This document shows, piece by piece, positions 1-8,396 of a stretch of 64,000 bases of DNA. This DNA comes from Planctomycetota bacterium (GTDB taxonomy: Bacteria; Planctomycetota; GCA-002687715; CAIWVZ01), in assembly GCA_044222185.1 (NCBI GenBank), contig JBGANV010000001.1, forward strand, positions 672,001 to 736,000. The letters run 5' to 3'. The notes under the pieces were generated by a model. The model searched no databases and was not told where the DNA came from. It saw only the letters and a list, made by a program, of their open reading frames with translations. The position numbers and the translations under genes were made by a program. Position 1 is the stretch's first letter. Each line of letters opens with the position of its first letter.

Positions 1-489
1 GGTGACGAACCAGGCGACGTCATGAATGCCGTCCCAGCAGAACGAAGACCCCGGGATCGCCGCCAGGAATGGCGACCAGGCCCCTGCGGTCGCGTTCCAC
101 GTGATCGGCCCGTCGATCGCGGAATCATGGATCACGCGGAGGTCGAGGAAACTCCCGACGCCGCCGCCCGTTGGGAACGTGAACGGCACCGGAAACGGGT
201 TCGGGACGTGGCCGATTGCGACGCGGACCGTCGGACAGCTCCAGACTCCAGAACCGCAGGGCGCGAACGCGATGGATTGGAGGCACGGGTTCGACGAGTT
301 CAGCGAAGCGGCTGGGACGCGCGCGACGTACGTGAAGCCGGAGGCTGCCGTCGTCTGGCTGAACGGGGCCGAGACGCACGGGCCGGCATTGGGGGCGTTG
401 TCTGGCACGTAGACGGTGACTTGTGCCGGGTTGGACGAACTGAGGGCGCCCACCAGGACCGCGAGGCGAGCAAGACTGGGGCTCTTCAT
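1..489 (-). CDS. Secreted hypothetical protein (5' part; runs off left edge)
   Basis: Not in the ORF track because there is no stop in the window. ATG at 489 with GGAGA upstream; reads MKSPSLARLAVLVGALSSSNPA-QVTVYVPDNAPNAGPC..., a signal peptide ending A|Q; open to base 1. Confidence 0.8.
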   Translation of the reverse strand, partial: MKSPSLARLAVLVGALSSSNPAQVTVYVPDNAPNAGPCVSAPFSQTTAASGFTYVARVPAASLNSSNPCLQSIAFAPCGSGVWSCPTVRVAIGHVPNPFPVPFTFPTGGGVGSFLDLRVIHDSAIDGPITWNATAGAWSPFLAAIPGSSFCWDGIHDVAWFVT

Positions 490-590
490 CGGCAGGGTCT
501 CCCGTGCGGAGAATCAGTTTGGAACTCGGATCGTCATCACGCCGTGCCCAGACACGATAGAGACGTTCTCGATGGTCGGTGTGTGCTGAT

Positions 591-604
591 CGAAATTAAT
601 TTCG
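591..604. promoter_or_regulatory. Perfect 14-bp AT-rich palindrome CGAAATTAATTTCG (candidate operator)
   Basis: Perfect dyad in the intergenic gap ~100 bp upstream of the CDS starting at 489. Confidence 0.35.
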
Positions 605-620
605 GCGAACGGTGCGCCCT

Positions 621-3524
621 TCACCGTCGATCGGGCGGAGTCCTGATGAGCCACGCGGGGCGCAGCCCCACGAACTCGGGACTCCAGCCAGGCTCCTTCA
701 TGTGGTTGGACCGTGCGGCCGATGCGCCGGATTGTCCCTGGGAGTCGAACGCCCCTCCGCGGATCATCCGATGCGCGGTCTCGACGGTCGCGCGCAGGCC
801 GTCGCCCTCGCGCGCCGGATCGTCGGCATACGAACCTTGGGCATCGCGACACCATTCGGCGACGTTCCCCACGACGTCGAACAGTCCGAAAGGGTTGGGG
901 GCGAAGCTCCCGACCGGGGCGTGAATCGGAAAGCCGTCGTCCACCGGGAGGTAGGCATTCCCCAGCCCGAGGATCCGCATGCGGTTCGCAGCCCGTGCGA
1001 ACGACAGATCGGCGAGGTTCTCCTTCCCGACGAGTGTGGACAGGTCATCCCCCGTCCACCACGTGCTCACGGTGCCCGCTCGAGCGGCGTACTCCCATTG
1101 GACTTCGGTTGGGAGTGCCATTCCCAGTCGGCGCAACACCCGGTCGGCGTCGTACCAGCTCACCCGTTCGACGGGGTGCGTGAGGGTCGCCGTGAACCCT
1201 CGGGCGTTGCCCGGCGGGTAGAAACTCGGGTTGGCTCCCGTGGCGCGCAACCATTGACCCTGCGTCATCTCGAACTTCGAGATCAGGAACGGGTCGAGAC
1301 GAACCGAATGAACCGGCGCCGAGGCACGAGCGCCGGTCTTTCCTGCACCCGCGGCGCCGTCCGTCTGGGACCCGATGACCGCGTTGCCCCCAGGGATGAG
1401 CACCATCACGATCGCCGACTCGTCACCCATCTTGATGCGTCCATCGACTCCGCGAACCGGGACCGTCCCCGTCTGGAGTGCGGCGAACTCCTCCCGCTCG
1501 GTGTCGGGATCCGGCCCGAGGGGGACGAGGCCTTCGATCGGGGGAAGGACGTCGTCGGCTCCGTAGGTTCCCAGGATGCGAGCCCGCGCCGCATTCCATG
1601 CGAGAGCCGCATCACCGCCCAGCGATCTCTGGCGAACCTCGCGCGCATACGCGAGGCGGCGTTCGACGTTGCCGATCGTCGTCCCCGTTGGGTCGTCGGA
1701 GACGAACGCCCGCAGCCGCGTGACCAGACGGTCCAGGGTGTCGTGACGGAACGCCTGGCTCCCATCGCGATCGTCCCCGAACCGGAACCGGACGGCGGCG
1801 TCGCTTCGAAGCGCGATCCTCTGTCGTACAGCCTCCGCTCGCCGTGCTTCGAGGCGTTCGCGCTGGGGCTTCGTGAGCTCGGACGCCTCGAGCGCCGCCA
1901 GACGCCGATCGCAGTCTCGTTCGATCCGACCCAGAAGCTCGCCGCGTTCGGCGACGGCGGTATCGGCGGCGCGGTCGCTGAGCGAGACCGGGACCGCATC
2001 GTGCCGAAGGTCGTCCAGCGAACGCTCGAGTTCCGGCAGAGCCGAAACGAGATCCTGCGCCCTCGAAAGCCATGCCTCGAGCGCCGGGATCGTCTCGGAC
2101 GTCACAGGCCACAGTTCGTCATTCGCCTCTCGCAGGAGCTCATCGAGCTGGCCCACTCGGCCCAGCCGGTTGTAGCCCGCCAGGTTGTCGCGTGCGCGTG
2201 CGTTCAGGATCAACGTCGTCACGAGTCCTGCGCTCAACACGCAAGCGAGGACCGCCAGCGCGATGGCAAGCGCCGGATTTCGCTGTGACCATCGGCGCAA
2301 CTTCAGCCACGGTCCGGCGGGACGAACGCTGACGGGTTGAGTCTGGCGCACGCGCCGCAGGTCTTCCGCCAGAGCGAGCGCGGTCTGGTACCGGTGATCG
2401 CAGTCTTTCGTGAGCGCCGTCATCACGACGGCCGCCAGGTCTCTCCCCACCAGGGGATTCCTCCGTCGCGGATCGTCGGGCTCGGTCTCGAGGATGCGGC
2501 GATAGAGCGCGTCGCGCGTGGGGCCATCGAATGGGCGCTTGTGCGTGAGTGCCTCGTACAGCGTCACGCCCAGCGACCAGATGTCGGTCCGCCGGTCGAG
2601 CCCGGAGGTCGGCGCCGTGAACTGCTCCGGTGACATGTAGGCCGGGGTCCCGAACAACTCGCCGGTCTGCGTCAGCGTTGCCAGGTCGGAATGATCGGCA
2701 CGCGCCAGGCCGAAGTCGAGGATGACCGGATCCCCCTCCGGAGTGATCATGATGTTTCCGGGCTTGATGTCCCGATGGATCACGCCCGCTTCATGGGCTT
2801 CGTGAAGCGCACGTGCGCAGGTCTCGATCAGCGCGAGGATCCGGTCGATCTGGGCGCGCGACGTCGGCGACGCGACCGGATCCGGTCCGAGCTCGCGCGT
2901 CGGCGTGCGCTCCGCGCCGTCCAACTCCACCGCGAACGAGGACGCCGTGGTCGATCCTCCGTCGGGCTTCGTCCGAGAGCGGGCGATTTCGTCCGAAAGG
3001 CTTCGACCCTCGACGTAGCGCATGGCGATGTATGACGCCGTGCCATCGACGCCGACGTCGTAGACGGTGCAGATCGCCGGGTGGTTCAACCGCGACGCGG
3101 CCTCGGCCTCGCGGCGGAAACGAAGCAGGGCCTCTCGCGTTGCCAGCCCAGAATCGCGGAGAACCTTCAAGGCGACGTTTCGGTTCAGGCGCGAGTCGCG
3201 CGCCAGGTAGACGATGCCCTGGCCGCCGCGGCCCAACTCCCTCTCGATCCGGTAGTGGCCGACGGTCTCTCCATCCGCGACGCCGGGCGAGGTTCGGCCT
3301 CGGTACACCGCATGAAGCGCGGCGACGTGCCCGCATTCGAGCTCGAGGTACCGCTGCACGATGGTGTCCTTGTCATCGGGCCAGCAGCGCAAGTACTCCG
3401 AGAGTGAGCCCGCCGCGCCTGCGGCGCGGTCGGCGACGTACCGTGCCTCGAAGGCCTTCGCCGGACTCTGCGATGGCCCGGCGGAGGCGCAATCGCCCGG
3501 TTGGCTCGGCCGATCATCCTCCAT
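621..3524 (-). CDS. Hanks-type Ser/Thr kinase with TM helix and C-terminal FGE-sulfatase (SUMF1-like) domain
   Basis: LGRGGQGIVY, VALKVL, HRDIKPGN, DFGLA, GTPAYMSPEQ; TM (LAIALAVLACVLSAGLVTTLIL); FGE motifs HPVERVSW, LPTEVQWEYAARAG, PNPFGLFDVVGNVAEWC, RGG. Start placed at MEDDRP (3524). Confidence 0.93.
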   Translation of the reverse strand: MEDDRPSQPGDCASAGPSQSPAKAFEARYVADRAAGAAGSLSEYLRCWPDDKDTIVQRYLELECGHVAALHAVYRGRTSPGVADGETVGHYRIERELGRGGQGIVYLARDSRLNRNVALKVLRDSGLATREALLRFRREAEAASRLNHPAICTVYDVGVDGTASYIAMRYVEGRSLSDEIARSRTKPDGGSTTASSFAVELDGAERTPTRELGPDPVASPTSRAQIDRILALIETCARALHEAHEAGVIHRDIKPGNIMITPEGDPVILDFGLARADHSDLATLTQTGELFGTPAYMSPEQFTAPTSGLDRRTDIWSLGVTLYEALTHKRPFDGPTRDALYRRILETEPDDPRRRNPLVGRDLAAVVMTALTKDCDHRYQTALALAEDLRRVRQTQPVSVRPAGPWLKLRRWSQRNPALAIALAVLACVLSAGLVTTLILNARARDNLAGYNRLGRVGQLDELLREANDELWPVTSETIPALEAWLSRAQDLVSALPELERSLDDLRHDAVPVSLSDRAADTAVAERGELLGRIERDCDRRLAALEASELTKPQRERLEARRAEAVRQRIALRSDAAVRFRFGDDRDGSQAFRHDTLDRLVTRLRAFVSDDPTGTTIGNVERRLAYAREVRQRSLGGDAALAWNAARARILGTYGADDVLPPIEGLVPLGPDPDTEREEFAALQTGTVPVRGVDGRIKMGDESAIVMVLIPGGNAVIGSQTDGAAGAGKTGARASAPVHSVRLDPFLISKFEMTQGQWLRATGANPSFYPPGNARGFTATLTHPVERVSWYDADRVLRRLGMALPTEVQWEYAARAGTVSTWWTGDDLSTLVGKENLADLSFARAANRMRILGLGNAYLPVDDGFPIHAPVGSFAPNPFGLFDVVGNVAEWCRDAQGSYADDPAREGDGLRATVETAHRMIRGGAFDSQGQSGASAARSNHMKEPGWSPEFVGLRPAWLIRTPPDRR

Positions 3525-3581
3525 GCGGGCATGGTACAGCAAGCCGCGCTGCCGCGGGGGCGAGCCCTCGCGAGGTGGAAG

Positions 3582-4772
3582 TCAGTTCCCCACCTCGATC
3601 TGGTTTGCGTCGGAGAGCTCGAGCGCTCCCGTCACCGGGTGTGTGATCGCCCATTGCAGGTACGCACGAACGCCGAACGGAAGCGGACCCGTCGTCGTCG
3701 AAGCGGTGCCGCCGACGACGGGGACCGGGAGCGGCGGGAACGGGAAGAGAGCCGGATCGACCCATAGACGCTCGCCACACGGTGGAATGACGAGCCCTCC
3801 ACCTGCGAGGAAGCCGAGCGAAACGGCGAGGTGTGCATTCGGCACTCCGCCCGGGACGTTGCAGACCTTGAACGTCGCGGCCGAGCCGGCCCGAACGTAG
3901 CTGCTGCGTGCAGGAAGCGGCGTGGCCGAGCAACTTGCCGGGCTCGCGAGGCGAATCGGCACCGCAGTGTAGGTCAACCCGACCGACGCCATGGGCGCCG
4001 GGCCACCGGGAACGACGAAGCCCGTCGCGGCCTGGATCACCTGGCCCGACGTCCACGAGACGTAGGTGGCAGGCGGGACGCCCGCGCACGGGTGAGCCAC
4101 GCACCGATCGATCGCGACGCCGGTCGCGAGTGCCCCGGCTGCAAGGACTCCCGGATGCGGCCACGGGACGTACGAGAGGTTGATCAATGCGGCGCCGCCA
4201 AAGCCGAATGCGCCGACGCCACCGAGGCTGTCGACGGCGACGATCACTCCCGTGCAGGAGTCATAGTCCAGACCCGTCACGAGGTTGAGCACGGGAATCG
4301 CCCACGGCCCTCCGGTCATCGCCATGCCTGCGGCGGGATCGTGGGCCGTCAACACGTTGCCGTCGGTGAGGTAGAGCGTGAGCGACGCCGGGTCCATGGT
4401 CATGCCCGTGACCGGATTCGCGGGGCCATAGCCGGCCGGGAGCGGAAGCGGCGGCAACGTCGCCGGCGCTCCCGGGCAATCGGTCTTCGGGTGGAATCGG
4501 CGGATGATGTCCGTCACTCCGTCCGTCGCGAGGATGAGTCCACCAGGGTGGTTGGCCGTGACTGCGCCGGCCGGGAAGCCGGCGGCGACCCGGGGCGGCA
4601 TCGGATACGGCGGTTCGGGGCACACGCCATCGCCGGTGAGTGCGACGGGAGTGTCGATGACGCATCGGTCCTGGTAGAGACCGCCCGGTGCGTAGGTTCC
4701 CAGCATCTGAGCGAGCAACGGGCCGGACGAGAGAACGAGGATTGCAGCCAGGCGATGGCGCTTGCGGATCAT
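3582..4772 (-). CDS. Secreted hypothetical protein (propeller-like core plus C-terminal beta domain)
   Basis: AAGGAG RBS before ATG 4772; signal peptide MIRKRHRLAAILVLSSGPLLA|Q; repeated VTG(M/L)xxD blades; ends ...AYLQWAITHPVTGALELSDANQIEVGN. Confidence 0.8.
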   Translation of the reverse strand: MIRKRHRLAAILVLSSGPLLAQMLGTYAPGGLYQDRCVIDTPVALTGDGVCPEPPYPMPPRVAAGFPAGAVTANHPGGLILATDGVTDIIRRFHPKTDCPGAPATLPPLPLPAGYGPANPVTGMTMDPASLTLYLTDGNVLTAHDPAAGMAMTGGPWAIPVLNLVTGLDYDSCTGVIVAVDSLGGVGAFGFGGAALINLSYVPWPHPGVLAAGALATGVAIDRCVAHPCAGVPPATYVSWTSGQVIQAATGFVVPGGPAPMASVGLTYTAVPIRLASPASCSATPLPARSSYVRAGSAATFKVCNVPGGVPNAHLAVSLGFLAGGGLVIPPCGERLWVDPALFPFPPLPVPVVGGTASTTTGPLPFGVRAYLQWAITHPVTGALELSDANQIEVGN

Positions 4773-4974
4773 GACGGGCTCCTTTCGGTGTGGCCGCCGC
4801 CGGTGCGAGCGACCGAGTGAACGTCGGGGGATAGCGTTGGACTGATCCACCGGTGTGAGGAGGGCCCCGAAAGTGACGCCCTGCGGTGAATGCGCCGATC
4901 GGAGGGATACCCGTCACGAATCGGCGCGCGTCCACACTGCGGAAGTGAGGCTTCTCAACTCAAGGAGACGTGTC

Positions 4975-7446
4975 ATGGAACGACGAAACAGGATCCGCAC
5001 CGGGATGTGGCGGGGTTCGAAGCTGGCCCTCCCACGCCTTTTGTCCGCAGTTCTGATCTCGCTCGGCTCGCTGTGCCTGGCGCAGAATCCTTCCGGGCCT
5101 ACCTGGGTATCGCTCGACGGTTCGGCGCCCGGGACGCCACCCGACGTCGTCCAGGACATCCAGGCGTCGAACCTCCAGGCGACCGTGTTCCAGGTCGACA
5201 TCCATGGGTTCTATCGCGAGGACGTCGTGGCGGCGGGGCAGACCTTCCAACGAATCACCGTGCCGCGCATGGGCGGAATCAACGCCGTTGGGAAGCCTGA
5301 AGTCCCCGCACTTCCGGTCCTCGTTGGAATCCCATCGAGCGCGGCAGCCGTCGCCGTGTCGACGACCCAGGTTCTCGCATCCCAGACGATCCAGGGCGTC
5401 CGGGTTCATCCCGCCCAGATCCATCAGGCGGACTCGCCGCAGCTACCTCCCGCACCTCCATTTCAGCTGGACGCAACGGCGTACGGAAACTCCGCGCTCT
5501 ACCCGTCGGTGCTCGCGAAGACCGGCGCGGCGCCGGGGACGTGGAAGGGGGTTCGGGTCCATCAGTGCTACGTCCAACCGTTCCAGGTCAATGCTGCCAC
5601 GAACACTCTGATCGTCCGACGATCGCTTCGCGTCACGTTCTCCCACCAAGGGACCCAGATCACACCGCGCACGATCACTCGTCGCAGCTACCGCATGCTT
5701 GCGTCCGCAATTTCGAACTTCGCGGCGCTCGCGGGACTCGGCTTCGTTCAGCCAAACGACTTCACCTACGACGGCTACTACCTCATCATCACGGATGCGC
5801 TGTTCTTGGAGGAGGTCGCTCCGCTCGCCGACCAGAAGCGTGAGCTGGGCTTCAAGGTCACGGTCCTGACGACCGCCGACATCGGTGGGTCGTCGGAGAC
5901 GTACCTCCGCGCTGCCGTCTCGAACTGGTTCAACACGGGAACGCCTGGGTGGTTTCACGACTCCTACGTCCTCCTCGTCGGTGACACCGATCGCGTGGGA
6001 ATCTGCCTCGACCCGGAGTACGGACTGGCTTCCGACTACTACCTCGGGTCGATCGACGGCGACATCTACGCCGAGGTCGGCGTGGGGCGGCTCTCCGTCG
6101 ACAGTGAGGCCGATTGCTCGGCCCAGATCGCGAAGATCCTGGAGTACCAGGACGCTCCGACGGCGCTTCCCAACTACTACGACAACGTGCTGCTCGCCGC
6201 CTCGACGGACGACTCGGGCGACGCCCGCTTCTTCGAGTCGTGCGAGGAGATCGCGAGCAACCCCTGGTACATGTACAACCTCGCCTTCGCGAAGCGATAC
6301 GGCGATTGGACCAGTGGAACCGTCGCAAATGCCCTCGACGACATCGACGCCGGCCAGAGCGTCGTCGTCTATGAGGGGCACGGTAGCTACTGGAGGTGGG
6401 CGAGCTGGGACGCGAACGATGACGACCTCACGGCGACCGATGTCGCCGGACTCGCCAACGCTCACGTGATGCCCGTCGTGCTCGCGCTCTGCTGCCAGAA
6501 CAGCAACACGGACAGCGTCGACGACTGCATCGGCGAGGAGTGGATGGAGAAGACGCCCGGCGGCGCGGTTGCCCACGTTGGCGCGACGCGGAACGCCTGG
6601 ATATGCCACTACACGCTGTTCGGGCCGTCGTTCTTCCGCCAGCTCTATGGCGACGCGACCCCGACCATGACGGAACTGCTTCAGGCCGCGCAGTTCGATG
6701 CCTATGGCCTCAACAGTGCGGAGAACGATGAGCACTCTCGAAAGACGATCTGGCAATTCCAACTGCTGGGTGATCCCGCCATGAAGATCTGGCAGAAGAC
6801 GCCCGAGAATGCGACCTTCGACTACGTGCACATCGCGGCAGGTTCCGCCGGGGCGGGAATCCTGGAGGGCGTCGTTCGGGATCGCTTCGGCCTTCCGATC
6901 GGAGGAGCGATCGTCTCCGTCCACAAGCCCGGTGAGATCGAGATCAATCGCTACACCGGCGCGGACGGTGCGTTCCAGATCCCCCTGCCTCCTCACACGG
7001 CTGGAACGGCGACGCTCCGCATCTCGACGGACTTCGACGCGGTCAAGAACGTCCGCCTCGTGGTCACGCTCCCGTCGTGCGTCGGATGCGCCGTGACGCC
7101 GTCGGTCGCGCTCAGTCAGCCTGGTGGTCCTGGAACGGGCTTGACCGTCACCAACTCGAACCTCGTGCCGGGACGCGAGTATTACAACCTGTTCAGCCCG
7201 AATCCGTGCGCTGGTGGCGCCGGCACGGGCCCATGGCTCGGGCTCTGCGTCGACGACTTCGACACGCTCCTCGCACAGTTCTTGATGCCCGTGGGCATTC
7301 TCCCGTTCCATTCCACCGCGACCTCCGCCACGACGGTGATGGGACCGTTCGCGCTCCCGCCGATGACCCTGGACGTCGTTTGCTTCGAGTTCACTGGGGG
7401 AACGCTCGGCGGCATCTCGCCCGTGGTGCGCAAGGTCGTCCAATGA
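4975..7446 (+). CDS. Peptidase C25 (gingipain family) with propeptide, Ig-like and C-terminal domains
   Basis: AGGAG RBS; signal peptide; propeptide GKPEVPALPVLVGIP; YLIIT, YVLLVGD, SDYY, VGRL, catalytic GHG and Cys (ALCCQN), CIGEEW, GGAVAHVG, LLGDPAM. Confidence 0.9.
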   Translation: MERRNRIRTGMWRGSKLALPRLLSAVLISLGSLCLAQNPSGPTWVSLDGSAPGTPPDVVQDIQASNLQATVFQVDIHGFYREDVVAAGQTFQRITVPRMGGINAVGKPEVPALPVLVGIPSSAAAVAVSTTQVLASQTIQGVRVHPAQIHQADSPQLPPAPPFQLDATAYGNSALYPSVLAKTGAAPGTWKGVRVHQCYVQPFQVNAATNTLIVRRSLRVTFSHQGTQITPRTITRRSYRMLASAISNFAALAGLGFVQPNDFTYDGYYLIITDALFLEEVAPLADQKRELGFKVTVLTTADIGGSSETYLRAAVSNWFNTGTPGWFHDSYVLLVGDTDRVGICLDPEYGLASDYYLGSIDGDIYAEVGVGRLSVDSEADCSAQIAKILEYQDAPTALPNYYDNVLLAASTDDSGDARFFESCEEIASNPWYMYNLAFAKRYGDWTSGTVANALDDIDAGQSVVVYEGHGSYWRWASWDANDDDLTATDVAGLANAHVMPVVLALCCQNSNTDSVDDCIGEEWMEKTPGGAVAHVGATRNAWICHYTLFGPSFFRQLYGDATPTMTELLQAAQFDAYGLNSAENDEHSRKTIWQFQLLGDPAMKIWQKTPENATFDYVHIAAGSAGAGILEGVVRDRFGLPIGGAIVSVHKPGEIEINRYTGADGAFQIPLPPHTAGTATLRISTDFDAVKNVRLVVTLPSCVGCAVTPSVALSQPGGPGTGLTVTNSNLVPGREYYNLFSPNPCAGGAGTGPWLGLCVDDFDTLLAQFLMPVGILPFHSTATSATTVMGPFALPPMTLDVVCFEFTGGTLGGISPVVRKVVQ

Positions 7447-8204
7447 CGCAGTCCGACCGCGAGGAGGCCGGATGGCCTCCTCGCGAGCCCGTGGCGCCAA
7501 CCGCGCCAACTACCCGATCCGGTCGACCACCCATTAGACTGACGCCCATGCCATCGAACCCTCACGCGTTGCCCAAGGCCGGTCGTGCACCAACCCACGC
7601 GGAAACCAGCCGACACGTCCGCGCCGCGGTCGGCGGAGACGTCCAGGGGGTCGATTGGATCGTTCGCAGGTTCTCCCCGCTGCTCCAAGCGCAGGCGGAC
7701 ATGCTGCTCGGCCGAAAGCTGCGTCGGCTCTACGACCCGGCGGACCTCGTCGCCGACGTATGGGCGGTCGCGCTCCCACGCCTGCGCGGTTTGCCTGCGC
7801 GCTCCGGCCGGTTCACTCCGGTCCTCATGAAGTTCCTGGCGACGACGCTGCGATTCGTGATGTCGAACATCCTCCAGAAGCATGGTCGTCGGCAGAGCAA
7901 GGAGGTGACGGTGTCGGAGTTCGATGATTCCGGCGTTCGCGAACCGCTCGATGATGAGACCTCCGGAATCGTGACGGCAGCGGTTCACGCAGAGGACCAC
8001 CGCGCACTGATCGCCGCGATCAGCAAGCTCGGTGAGGAGCTCCGCTCGATCGTGCTTCTTCGTGGATTCGAACAGCTCCCGTACGAGGAAATCGCCAACC
8101 AGCTCGGCCTTCTGCCGAACACGGTCTCGGTGAAGTACCGCCGAGCCCTCGAGAAGCTCCGCGGCCTGCTTCCCGGCTCCATCTTCGACGAATTTCCGAG
8201 CTGA
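7443..8204 (+). CDS. ECF sigma-70 factor (planctomycete kinase-associated type)
   Basis: Region 2 (LGRKLRRLYDPADLVADVW) and region 4 (LGEELRSIVLLRGFEQLPYEEIANQLGLLPNTVSVKYRRALEKLR). ATGA overlap with the C25 stop; the start could alternatively be 7548. Confidence 0.88.
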   Translation: MTQSDREEAGWPPREPVAPTAPTTRSGRPPIRLTPMPSNPHALPKAGRAPTHAETSRHVRAAVGGDVQGVDWIVRRFSPLLQAQADMLLGRKLRRLYDPADLVADVWAVALPRLRGLPARSGRFTPVLMKFLATTLRFVMSNILQKHGRRQSKEVTVSEFDDSGVREPLDDETSGIVTAAVHAEDHRALIAAISKLGEELRSIVLLRGFEQLPYEEIANQLGLLPNTVSVKYRRALEKLRGLLPGSIFDEFPS

Positions 8205-8343
8205 GCGCGGAAGCGGAGCTGCGGCCGAGCGCTCCGCATTCGACGCGTGGACACCGCTCGACGGGGGGGCGTCGGGTGGGGCGCGACCCACGCGGTCACG
8301 CGCGCGAGGGTGTCCGCCGCGAGGAGACCGCTGCGGATCAGAG

Positions 8344-8385
8344 GTCGCGGGTGAGTCGTGACGTGCCGTCGCGCTCACCCGCGAC
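8344..8385. terminator. Strong hairpin between convergent genes (likely bidirectional terminator)
   Basis: Perfect 12-bp arms GTCGCGGGTGAG / CTCACCCGCGAC with further inner pairing; no U-tract. Confidence 0.5.
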
Positions 8386-8396
8386 GAACACCATGT

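Noticed and set aside
621-900. FGE-type C-terminus as a diversity-generating retroelement target
   Set aside because: No reverse transcriptase and no template-repeat copy with adenine-specific mismatches were seen in the window.
22-924. Plus-strand ORFs 22..924 and 26..412
   Set aside because: They are antisense shadows. The minus frame from ATG 489 has an RBS, a signal peptide and natural composition.
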